Source: Flavobacteriaceae bacterium
Lineage (GTDB): Bacteria; Bacteroidota; Bacteroidia; Flavobacteriales; Flavobacteriaceae
Length of the DNA stretch: 32,000 bases
Direction of reading: 5' to 3'
NCBI GenBank assembly: GCA_028281065.1
Contig: JANQKN010000193.1
Coordinates: 2,438 to 34,437 of the forward strand
Positions within the stretch are counted from its first letter, which is position 1. Each line of letters starts with the position of its first letter. Shown piece by piece: positions 16,021 to 23,704 of this stretch. A program made the position numbers and the translations under genes. Under the pieces are notes generated by a model. That model had not been told where the DNA came from, made no database searches, and was given only the letters and a program-made list of their open reading frames with translations.

Positions 16021-17121
16021 CTACAGGATGCTTTGTTGCTTTTTATAGAAGGCATTGGCCTGCTCTTGCATGAGTTGGCGGGCAATGCGCCGTTTGTATT
16101 CGTACAGTTCTTTTTCCTCGGCTATGTCTGCGTACACGCGGTTGTTTACATCGCGATCTGTAGTAACCAGGATCTCGCGTTGGGTTTTCTGTTGAGCCGT
16201 CCAGGATTGGATGGCTCCTTCCTGCTCGGCCAACTTAAGATCGTATGGTCCTTTTGGGGACAAAAGCTTGGCAAAGATGGGAGAGGTTTCTATAGCCAGG
16301 AACAATAGGAATATAAAAAACGAAGGAAGCCATGGCAATTTGCCCAAGGCATTTACCCGAGCCATGAGGCCGTCGAAACCATCGATTACGGGTTGGGTTT
16401 CCGATACTTTAGTATCGTATTCGGTAGCCAACTGAGTAATTTGAGCTTCTGTGGCTTCTATTTTTGCTTTGTTATCGGTGCGGAGTTGTTGTAAGGCGGC
16501 TAGCTCGGAATCGTGTTTTTCACGTTTTTCCTTATATACAGGGCCTTTTCCAACGATTTCGGTTCCTTTTCTACCTTCGGCTTCGGCGATATAGGTTTCG
16601 TATAGGTTGTTTACTTCGGTTTCCTTGTCGGCTACTTCCTGTTTTAGGTTGTCTATTTCGGCATTCAAAGCCTCTATGGTTGGGGTGTACTGCAAAGCCA
16701 ATTGTTCCTTGTTGTCCAAGGTCATTTGGTTTTTTTCTTCCAGGAGGACTTGGTCTATCTCCTTTTCAAAAATCTTCAACTCCAAGGGTTTTGCAATAAC
16801 AATGGCGATGATAATGGCCAAGAGGATCCTTGGAGAGGCTTGGATGAGTTCATCGAAGAAATTGTCCCTTTTCTTTATGGTTGAGACAATAAAACGGTCT
16901 AAGTTAAAAATGAGCATCCCCCATACAATTCCGAAAAAGATGGAGGGAAGTAGGCTGTCAAAAACTGTAAAAAGGGCGTAGGAAGCTGCAATGGTTGCCA
17001 TTACGGCTGTAAAGAAAACGGTGGCACCAATGCCTGCATATTTGGTCTGTTCCCCTGGGGAGCACTCGTCTAGGATGTCGGTGTCGGCACCGGAACAAAA
17101 GATAAAAAATCGTTGTAACAT
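16021..17121 (-). CDS. DUF4407-like membrane protein with central coiled coil
   Basis: N-terminus MLQRFFIFCSGADTDILDECSPGEQTKYAGIG. There are several TM segments and a long charged helical region. Confidence 0.6.
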   Translation of the reverse strand: MLQRFFIFCSGADTDILDECSPGEQTKYAGIGATVFFTAVMATIAASYALFTVFDSLLPSIFFGIVWGMLIFNLDRFIVSTIKKRDNFFDELIQASPRILLAIIIAIVIAKPLELKIFEKEIDQVLLEEKNQMTLDNKEQLALQYTPTIEALNAEIDNLKQEVADKETEVNNLYETYIAEAEGRKGTEIVGKGPVYKEKREKHDSELAALQQLRTDNKAKIEATEAQITQLATEYDTKVSETQPVIDGFDGLMARVNALGKLPWLPSFFIFLLFLAIETSPIFAKLLSPKGPYDLKLAEQEGAIQSWTAQQKTQREILVTTDRDVNNRVYADIAEEKELYEYKRRIARQLMQEQANAFYKKQQSIL

Positions 17122-17183
17122 AACTAGTTGGATGATGAATGATGAGTTAGTTAGAACGTAGAATACCTGAAAATGTTACAATT

Positions 17184-17214
17184 AAAAAAGCCCTTAACAA
17201 GGATAAGGGCTTTT
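17184..17214 (-). terminator. rho-independent terminator downstream of the BlaR1-like gene
   Basis: Hairpin aagccctta-acaagga-taagggctt, flanked by an A-run on the plus strand (T-run on the minus strand). Confidence 0.6.
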
Positions 17215-17226
17215 CTTGGGGTTTAT

Positions 17227-19332
17227 TTAACTTTTGGACCAGAAATAGACAATGGGTTTCCCATCTTCTCCTCCTACTACCTCTATCCTTGCCATTTTAT
17301 CGGTGTTTTTGGCTAATTTCTTTGCCTTTGCGGTGCTTATCTTTTTGTCATTGTAGTAAAAAGTAGCTCCTTGCTTTATCAAGTCGGTTAAGTCCATAAC
17401 GGGATCCGGCTTGTATACAATGGGCTTTTTGGAAATATGAACCGAAGGATGGTCCGAATCGTACCTGCGGGTTTGGACATGAAGCTTGGGATTGTCTTTA
17501 AGGAGTTGGATAGCCTCGTCCGAGGTAATCTTTCCATCGTCAGAGTAGAAAGTAGCTCCTTTTTTGGCCATTTCCACGATGTGATCCAATGGATTCTGGC
17601 GCAACGAAAAGTCTGGTTTTACTTTCGTCTTGTAGTCATAATTTGTTTTTATTGTGGGAGAAACCTCGATGTTGTAATCTGTTCTTAAGTCAACGGGTTT
17701 TACCTTCAAATTAAGATTAACATCGCTGGGTTGTATTTTCACTAGTTTCCCTTCAACTACAATATTATCAGTACTTTTGGCAGAAGCTACCTTTCCGCTT
17801 TTTTTCATGGCTTTGTTATACGATTCGATTGCCTTTTTGTACTTCTTTACCTGTTCTGGGGTTGCATCGTCAGGGATTGGCGGTGGTGGGGGTATTTGCC
17901 CTTTTGCTACGTTGTTAATATAAATCGCGGGTTTTTGGTTAGGTCCCCTACTAAAACCAAAGGAATAGGATTCTAATTCATCCACAAGCGCAAGGGCTTT
18001 AAAATAGGATATCTTTTTGTTGTTGAAATAAAATTCTCCTCCATCCTTTTGGTATTGAGCCAACATCTCCTTTCGTTCGTTGTTTGGAATCTTTACCAAT
18101 GTAAGGTTTTTGGTTTTTGATACTTTTGAAGGCGGTGGTGGTGGCGGTGGAGAAGGAGCTGTCTTCTTTGCCCTCTCGTAATTGTCCATCGCTTTTTTAT
18201 ACTTTTTTACTTGCGCTGGGGTTGCATCTTCTGGAAGTGGCGGTGGCGGCGGTGGAGGTGCCGGGAATTCTGGAAAAGGTTCCGCAGCACTTCTTTGGGC
18301 GCTCGTCATTTTATCGTAGAGGTATTTCATACGCTCTACATCTTTAAGAAGTATACGCTGCTTGCTTTTATCCATGGCATTGTACTTTCGGGCCAAAGCA
18401 TTGTATTCGTCTATTTCTTTCTGGGATGCTTTCTTCTGAAGGACTTCTTCCTTGGGGGAATCCCCATCTTCTATAAATACGGTCTCTTTCGAGCTAAAAC
18501 CCACTAGTAAAAGGGCAAGCAGGGGAAGGACCAATAGACTCCGTAGCCATAAGGCGGTCTTGGATGTTTGTTTGTTCATAACTGTAAATCGTTTTTTGAT
18601 GAATGAATAATTAATAGAATTTGCCAATGAAGGCGTACAGGCACTTGATGAGAATGCCAAGATTGTATTTTGATAGGCAGCTACGTCTATGCCGTCTTTT
18701 AGCACAGCCCGGTCTGCCAAAAATTCGTGATTCAGTTTTATACTGCGCTTTATGTAGTAGAGTAGTGGGTTAAACCAGAATACTACAAGCAACAGTTCTA
18801 TGAAAAGGATGTCTAGGCTATGCAATTCCTGTGCATGGACTTCTTCATGATCCAATACTTCCTGAGGGATTTCCTTGGACTCGAAGTTCTTTCGGTTCAA
18901 GAAAATATAACTGAAAAAAGTATGCGGCGTTGTAGGGGCTTGTAATAAAACATGGAACAGATTCTTGCTTTTTAAGCGTGGGTTCTTTCTTATTTTTTGC
19001 ACTATAACCGATAGGTTGTTTATGAACCTCCAGCCAAAAAACAGGACTCCAATGGTATAGATGCCCCATAAAAGATGGATGAGGTTTTCTATGGTAAATA
19101 GGGTCTCTTCGGGGGTTTCAAGAACCATATCGGACGTAATGATGGATATCGAACTTTCTTCTGCCACCACATATTCGGTAAAGGTGATAAAAGGAATGAC
19201 AAAGGAAACCAACAATATTCCAATAAGATAGAAGCGCTTTAGCGTATGCATGTTTTCCCGTTCCAGAAAAAGCTTATAGAAAGCAAACAGGGCTGCCAGA
19301 CAGGCTATCGATTTTAAGAGATAGATTTCCAT
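17227..19332 (-). CDS. BlaR1/MecR1-like M56 peptidase-family membrane sensor with a repetitive proline-rich C-terminal region
   Basis: HEEVH zinc motif. N-terminal TM helices. It lies immediately downstream of a BlaI-type repressor (3-nt gap). Confidence 0.8.
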   Translation of the reverse strand: MEIYLLKSIACLAALFAFYKLFLERENMHTLKRFYLIGILLVSFVIPFITFTEYVVAEESSISIITSDMVLETPEETLFTIENLIHLLWGIYTIGVLFFGWRFINNLSVIVQKIRKNPRLKSKNLFHVLLQAPTTPHTFFSYIFLNRKNFESKEIPQEVLDHEEVHAQELHSLDILFIELLLVVFWFNPLLYYIKRSIKLNHEFLADRAVLKDGIDVAAYQNTILAFSSSACTPSLANSINYSFIKKRFTVMNKQTSKTALWLRSLLVLPLLALLLVGFSSKETVFIEDGDSPKEEVLQKKASQKEIDEYNALARKYNAMDKSKQRILLKDVERMKYLYDKMTSAQRSAAEPFPEFPAPPPPPPPLPEDATPAQVKKYKKAMDNYERAKKTAPSPPPPPPPSKVSKTKNLTLVKIPNNERKEMLAQYQKDGGEFYFNNKKISYFKALALVDELESYSFGFSRGPNQKPAIYINNVAKGQIPPPPPIPDDATPEQVKKYKKAIESYNKAMKKSGKVASAKSTDNIVVEGKLVKIQPSDVNLNLKVKPVDLRTDYNIEVSPTIKTNYDYKTKVKPDFSLRQNPLDHIVEMAKKGATFYSDDGKITSDEAIQLLKDNPKLHVQTRRYDSDHPSVHISKKPIVYKPDPVMDLTDLIKQGATFYYNDKKISTAKAKKLAKNTDKMARIEVVGGEDGKPIVYFWSKS

Positions 19333-19334
19333 GA

Positions 19335-19700
19335 TTACTTCTTTTTAATTTGTTCGTCGATTAGACTTCGTAGCTTTTCCAATTCTTCTTTGCTTAGATC
19401 GGTTGCTTCTGTAAAGAAGGAAGCAAACTGCGTAGCACTGTCGTTAAAGAAATTCTTTATCAATCCGTTTACGTGTCTGGAGAAATAGTCTTTCTTTTTT
19501 ACCAATGGGAAGTATTCCCGCGAACGACCCAACTGTTTATAGTCCACAAACTTTTTATCCTGCATTCTCTTTAATAAGGTAGCAACGGTTGTAGTAGCGG
19601 GTCTGGGTTCTGGATAGGCTTCGATGAGGTCTTTCATAAAAGCTTTTTTCTGTTTCCAGAGGATTTGCATGAGCTGTTCTTCGGCATTGGAGAGTTGCAT
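19335..19700 (-). CDS. BlaI/MecI/CopY-family transcriptional repressor
   Basis: 121 aa. The N-terminus LSNAEEQLMQILW is winged-helix type. It is paired with an M56 sensor. Confidence 0.85.
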   Translation of the reverse strand: MQLSNAEEQLMQILWKQKKAFMKDLIEAYPEPRPATTTVATLLKRMQDKKFVDYKQLGRSREYFPLVKKKDYFSRHVNGLIKNFFNDSATQFASFFTEATDLSKEELEKLRSLIDEQIKKK

Positions 19701-19705
19701 ATTCT

Positions 19706-19766
19706 TCTACGTTTTTAGAATTGACTCTACAAATGTAGAATAAATTTTCAATTCTACAAACGTAGA
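19706..19766. promoter_or_regulatory. three BlaI/CopY-type operator half-palindromes (TACAnnTGTA core) in the divergent intergenic region
   Basis: tctacaaatgtaga at 19726-19739 has an exact TACA-AA-TGTA core. tctacaaacgtaga at 19753-19766 has one mismatch. tctacgtttttaga at 19706-19719 is degenerate. Confidence 0.65.
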
Positions 19767-19821
19767 GATTAAAAATTATGTTAATTCTACTACCTTTGCC
19801 CAAAATTCAAGAATAGAAACC

Positions 19822-20391
19822 ATGGAAAGGGAATTAAAAAAGCGTGCGGAAGGTAGCTGCGAACTTTGTGGAAACAATGAACAGCTTACTGTTTATGAAA
19901 TTCCCAATTCCCCAAAGGGCGGATTAGAATCCCACATCCTTGCTTGTGCTACTTGCATTTCTCAATTTGATAATGAAGAACGCGATCCCAATCACTGGAG
20001 GTGTTTAAACGATAGTATGTGGAGCCAAGAACCCGCAGTACAGGTGATGGCTTGGCGTATGCTCCATAGATTAAAATCGGAAGGTTGGCCCCAAGACCTG
20101 CTGGATATGATGTACTTAGATGAGGAAACCCAAGCATGGGCAGCTGCAGCTGGGGATGCCGATGATAATAGTAATGCCATGGTTCATAAAGATGCCAATG
20201 GAGCTATCCTTAGTGCGGGAGATAGTGTTGTATTGATTAAAGACCTAAAAGTGAAAGGCTCCAGTATGGTAGCTAAACAAGGAACCGCGGTGCGTAGGAT
20301 TTCCTTGGATCACGAAAACGAAAAATACATAGAAGGCAAGGTAGACGGCCAACATATTGTAATTATAACCGACTTTGTTAAAAAAATCTAA
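19822..20391 (+). CDS. phnA: PhnA/YjdM-family zinc-ribbon protein
   Basis: N-terminal CELCG...CATC zinc ribbon. The C-terminal segment GDSVVLIKDLKVKGSS...GTAVR is typical of the PhnA domain. Confidence 0.7.
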   Translation: MERELKKRAEGSCELCGNNEQLTVYEIPNSPKGGLESHILACATCISQFDNEERDPNHWRCLNDSMWSQEPAVQVMAWRMLHRLKSEGWPQDLLDMMYLDEETQAWAAAAGDADDNSNAMVHKDANGAILSAGDSVVLIKDLKVKGSSMVAKQGTAVRRISLDHENEKYIEGKVDGQHIVIITDFVKKI

Positions 20392-20438
20392 ATGGAATGG
20401 CACGACTTTTGACTTCGACTACGCCTAAATCAATTATT

Positions 20439-21347
20439 ATGAAAAAAAATACATTCACCCTTTTCTTAATTCTGCTCGGATTTGCTCCGCTTTTTGCCCA
20501 GAATACCTACGATTTGGTATTTTTTACCGAAGAAACCGAGCCTTTTACAGTTTCCATCAATGGGGTTCAACAACACGCTCAGCCCGAAACCAATGTTCGA
20601 GTTAACGGCTTTATTCAGCCCATTTTAAAACTCAATGTGGATTTCAACAATCCAAATATCCCGTCCATTTCCAAAAACCTCTATATGCCCGAAGGTTCTG
20701 CAGAGGTAACCTATCAGGTTAAAAAGACCAAGCGGGGATATAAGGTGCGTGGGTATTCCATGGTGCCCTTGGCGCAATTGCCACCACGTCGTGATGTTGT
20801 GGGACAACAAACGGTTATTTATACTACCACCCCTGTGGTTACACAAACCACCACAACAACGACAACTTCTGGGGGTAACAACGACAATATAAATGTAAAC
20901 ATGAATGTAGGTGGTGTTGATATGGGCATTAGTGTTGACGTGAACATGGGAGACGAGGAAGTAGTATATCAGGAAACAACAACCACTACCACAACTACTA
21001 CAGCAGGGTCGCACTATATTATGGAAGGGTACGACGGTTCCATTGGTTGTCCGTGGCCTATGACCTATCAGGATTTTGAAGAAGCCCGAGCGACCATCCT
21101 TTCAAAAACGTTTGACGATACCCGTTTGTCTTTGGCAAAACAGATTATACAGTCTAATTGTATGTTTTCCGATCAGATAAAGGATTTGGTAGCTGCTATG
21201 GAGTTTGAGGATACCAAATTGGAGTTGGCAAAATTCGCTTACGGATATACCTACGATATCGGGAATTACTTTAAGGTAAGCCAAGCTTTGGAGTTCGAGT
21301 TTTCGGTAGATGAACTGAATGAATATATCGCCAACTTTAGATGGTAG
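20439..21347 (+). CDS. secreted DUF4476-like protein with poly-Thr linkers
   Basis: I prefer the ATG at 20439 (MKKNTFTLFLILLGFAPLFAQ signal peptide). The track ORF begins at 20397. The C-terminal pattern FDDTRLSLAKQ ... FEDTKLELAKFA is a repeat typical of DUF4476. Confidence 0.6.
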   Translation: MKKNTFTLFLILLGFAPLFAQNTYDLVFFTEETEPFTVSINGVQQHAQPETNVRVNGFIQPILKLNVDFNNPNIPSISKNLYMPEGSAEVTYQVKKTKRGYKVRGYSMVPLAQLPPRRDVVGQQTVIYTTTPVVTQTTTTTTTSGGNNDNINVNMNVGGVDMGISVDVNMGDEEVVYQETTTTTTTTTAGSHYIMEGYDGSIGCPWPMTYQDFEEARATILSKTFDDTRLSLAKQIIQSNCMFSDQIKDLVAAMEFEDTKLELAKFAYGYTYDIGNYFKVSQALEFEFSVDELNEYIANFRW

Positions 21348-21367
21348 ATGCAACAATATGATACATT

Positions 21368-21398
21368 GAAAAAGGCTTGTGGAGACAAGCCTTTTTTA
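21368..21398. terminator. bidirectional rho-independent terminator between convergent genes
   Basis: Hairpin aggcttgt-ggag-acaagcct, flanked by an A-run upstream and a T-run downstream. Confidence 0.7.
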
Positions 21399-21400
21399 TT

Positions 21401-21910
21401 TTACTTTTTTGAAGAGGTAGCTCCCAGAACCACCGAAACCCCTGCGGCAACCAAGCCTAAAATCAAAAGGAAATTGCCATACGGCCAATGGAGTATGGAT
21501 AAGATGACCCCTAGGACAATGCAAACCCCAGCGATACTATAAAGGAGGGTTTCCCAACGTTCGGTTTTAGAAGTCTCCTTATCGCCAGAAAATTTGTTGT
21601 AGAGAAATGCTATTGCCAAAACAACAAGCGATAGTTGCGCCAATAGGGTAAATATATCGCCGTAGTTCCAATGAAAAACACGGAAGGTATAATGCAAGAC
21701 CCAAAAAACCACAAACGCCAATTTTGCATAGTCGAGGAATCGCTTTTTCCTTTTCTTCAGAAAGTGCAGCGGATACAAAAAGAGCACGCCCGCCAAGCCT
21801 ATGAGTAATATTGGGGATGCATAGGATACATGCAGTATTTTTAACATGATCCCTATAAGAACGATAGCACCCGCTATGCGCCAAGGCTGGTGAATTCGTA
21901 CCCTTGCCAC
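21401..21910 (-). CDS. multi-pass membrane protein of unknown function with three internal repeats
   Basis: 169 aa and strongly hydrophobic. A motif recurs three times: ILHVSYASPILLIGL, VFHWNYGDIFTLL, ILHWPYGNFLLILGL. Confidence 0.5.
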   Translation of the reverse strand: MARVRIHQPWRIAGAIVLIGIMLKILHVSYASPILLIGLAGVLFLYPLHFLKKRKKRFLDYAKLAFVVFWVLHYTFRVFHWNYGDIFTLLAQLSLVVLAIAFLYNKFSGDKETSKTERWETLLYSIAGVCIVLGVILSILHWPYGNFLLILGLVAAGVSVVLGATSSKK

Positions 21911-21913
21911 TCT

Positions 21914-23302
21914 TTAGGACTTCATTTCGGTAAAGTAATGATAGAACATCGGGATGGTTTCTATCCCTTTTAAATAGTTCCAAATTCCAAAGTGTTCGTT
22001 GGGGGAGTGGATGGCATCGCTATCCAACCCAAAGCCCATAAGGATGGTTTTACTTTTCAGTTCTTTTTCAAAAAGGGCTACAATAGGAATACTTCCACCA
22101 CTACGTTGTGGGATTGGTGTTTTGCCAAAGGTAGCTTCGTAAGCTTTGGAAGCGGCTTGGTACCCAATACTATCTATAGGCGTTACATAGGCCTGCCCGC
22201 CGTGATGCGGGGACACTTTTACGGTCACTCCCTTAGGCGCAATGCTTTCAAAATGATTTTGAAACAACTCCGTAATGCGCTCCCAATTTTGGTTGGGCAC
22301 CAGTCGCATGGAAATCTTGGCAAAAGCTTGACTGGCAATCACTGTTTTGGCTCCTTCGCCCGTATAACCACCCCAAATTCCGTTTACGTCCAAAGTAGGA
22401 CGGATGGAATTGCGCTCGTTGGTGGTATAGCCTTCTTCACCATATACATCTTCAATATCCAATGCTTTGGTGTAGGCTTCTTTACTAAAAGGTGCTTCGG
22501 CCATTTTATCGCGTTCCTCACGGGAAAGTTCTTCCACTTCGTCATAAAACCCAGGGATGGTAATGTGCTTGTTTTCGTCGTGAAGCGAAGCGATCATTTT
22601 GGTAAGCACGTTAATGGGATTGGCAACGGCACCACCGTACAATCCACTGTGCAGATCACGGTTGGGTCCCGTTACTTCCACTTCCACATAGCTTAATCCA
22701 CGCAGTCCTGTGGTGATGGAGGGAATGTCGTTGGCGATCATTCCAGTATCGCTAATGAGGATGACATCGTTGGACAGTTTTTCCTGATTGCGCTCCACGA
22801 ACCAACCCAAACTTTCACTTCCTACTTCTTCCTCCCCTTCGATCATAAACTTCACATTACAGGGAAGCTGTCCTGTGGAGGTCATGTATTCCAATGCTTT
22901 TATGTGCATGTACATTTGCCCTTTGTCGTCGCAACTTCCACGCGCGAAGATGGCACCGTCGGGATGCAGGTCGGTGGCTTTTATCACGGGCTCGAACGGT
23001 GGGCTGTCCCATAGATCGAGCGGATCGGGCGGTTGTACATCGTAATGTCCATAGACCAAAACAGTGGGGAGATCGGGATTTATGATTTTCTCCCCGTAAA
23101 CAATTGGGTATCCGGGCGTTTCACAGATTTCCACTTTGTCACAGCCTGCTTTTTCCAGACTTTCCTTAATGGCTTCTGAAGTTTTTATCACATCGTCTTT
23201 GTAGGCCGAATCGGCACTAATGGATGGAATTTTAAGCAATGCTATGAGTTCGTTGATAAAACGGTCCTTGTGTTCGTCTATGTAAGATTTTGCACTCTTC
23301 AT
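21914..23302 (-). CDS. M20-family dipeptidase (ArgE/DapE/ACY1/CPG2 family)
   Basis: Motifs GHYDVQP, RGSCDDKG and MIEGEEEVGS. I prefer the ATG at 23302 (MKSAKSYIDEHK). The track ORF extends to 23329. Confidence 0.8.
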   Translation of the reverse strand: MKSAKSYIDEHKDRFINELIALLKIPSISADSAYKDDVIKTSEAIKESLEKAGCDKVEICETPGYPIVYGEKIINPDLPTVLVYGHYDVQPPDPLDLWDSPPFEPVIKATDLHPDGAIFARGSCDDKGQMYMHIKALEYMTSTGQLPCNVKFMIEGEEEVGSESLGWFVERNQEKLSNDVILISDTGMIANDIPSITTGLRGLSYVEVEVTGPNRDLHSGLYGGAVANPINVLTKMIASLHDENKHITIPGFYDEVEELSREERDKMAEAPFSKEAYTKALDIEDVYGEEGYTTNERNSIRPTLDVNGIWGGYTGEGAKTVIASQAFAKISMRLVPNQNWERITELFQNHFESIAPKGVTVKVSPHHGGQAYVTPIDSIGYQAASKAYEATFGKTPIPQRSGGSIPIVALFEKELKSKTILMGFGLDSDAIHSPNEHFGIWNYLKGIETIPMFYHYFTEMKS

Positions 23303-23394
23303 GTATGTAGTTGTTATGCGAAGCCCCATAAGGAATTAGGGCTGTGGTTCGTTGGATGACGAAGGTACGAAAAGATGTAATTTTTGAAAGAAAG

Positions 23395-23428
23395 TTTGTT
23401 TGTTAATTATAAATCTTCCTTATATTTG
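23395..23428 (+). promoter_or_regulatory. putative Bacteroidota-type promoter for tRNA-Leu
   Basis: TATATTTG at 23421-23428 matches the TAnnTTTG -7 consensus and ends about 10 nt before the tRNA 5' end. TTTG motifs at 23395-23402 lie at about -33. Confidence 0.4.
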
Positions 23429-23438
23429 CCGTCCCTAA

Positions 23439-23520
23439 GCGGATGTGGTGGAACTGGTAGACACGCTAGACTTAGGATCTAGTGCCGCAAGGCGTGGGGG
23501 TTCGACTCCCTTCATCCGCA
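23439..23520 (+). tRNA. tRNA-Leu (anticodon UAG), class II with long variable arm
   Basis: The acceptor stem gcggatg pairs with catccgc. The anticodon stem-loop is ctaga-cttagga-tctag. The variable arm is gccgcaaggc. The T-arm is ggggg-ttcgact-ccctt. CCA is not encoded. Confidence 0.9.
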
Positions 23521-23523
23521 CAA

Positions 23524-23551
23524 AGCCTCTGAGAAATCAGGGGCTTTTTTA
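23524..23551 (+). terminator. rho-independent terminator after tRNA-Leu
   Basis: Hairpin agcctctga-gaaa-tcaggggct followed by tttttt. Confidence 0.75.
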
Positions 23552-23596
23552 TTTTATTTGTTGATGTCCGTCCCATTAGGAAACCCATTTCCCCCA

Positions 23597-23639
23597 ATTG
23601 GAAGAAAAAAACTACCTTTAGGGTTCTCCCCAGCTTTTA
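23597..23639 (+). repeat. direct repeat copy R1
   Basis: attggaagaaaaaaactacctttagggttctccccagctttta. It matches 25958-26000 with about 4 mismatches. Weaker similarity extends about 15-25 nt on both sides. Confidence 0.8.
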
Positions 23640-23704
23640 GTCCGGTACGATCCATACCTGGAATGTTCTGCAATAAGAAACCAATAACCTAAAAGCAATA
23701 CATC

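Noticed and set aside
19822-20391. PhnA homologue as a marker of a phosphonate utilisation system.
   Set aside because: No phn C-P lyase or phosphonatase genes are nearby. PhnA/YjdM-type zinc-ribbon proteins commonly occur alone.
20830-21000. Poly-threonine tracts in the DUF4476 protein as possible slippage-prone simple sequence repeats.
   Set aside because: The Thr codons are mixed (ACC/ACA/ACG/ACT), so there is no homopolymer or perfect trinucleotide tract. They are more likely a flexible or O-glycosylated linker than a phase-variation switch.
21579-21983. A 134-aa minus-strand ORF overlapping both the membrane-protein gene and the 3' end of the M20 dipeptidase.
   Set aside because: It is out of frame with two better-supported genes. 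The 169-aa alternative has coherent TM repeats, and the 134-aa translation does not.
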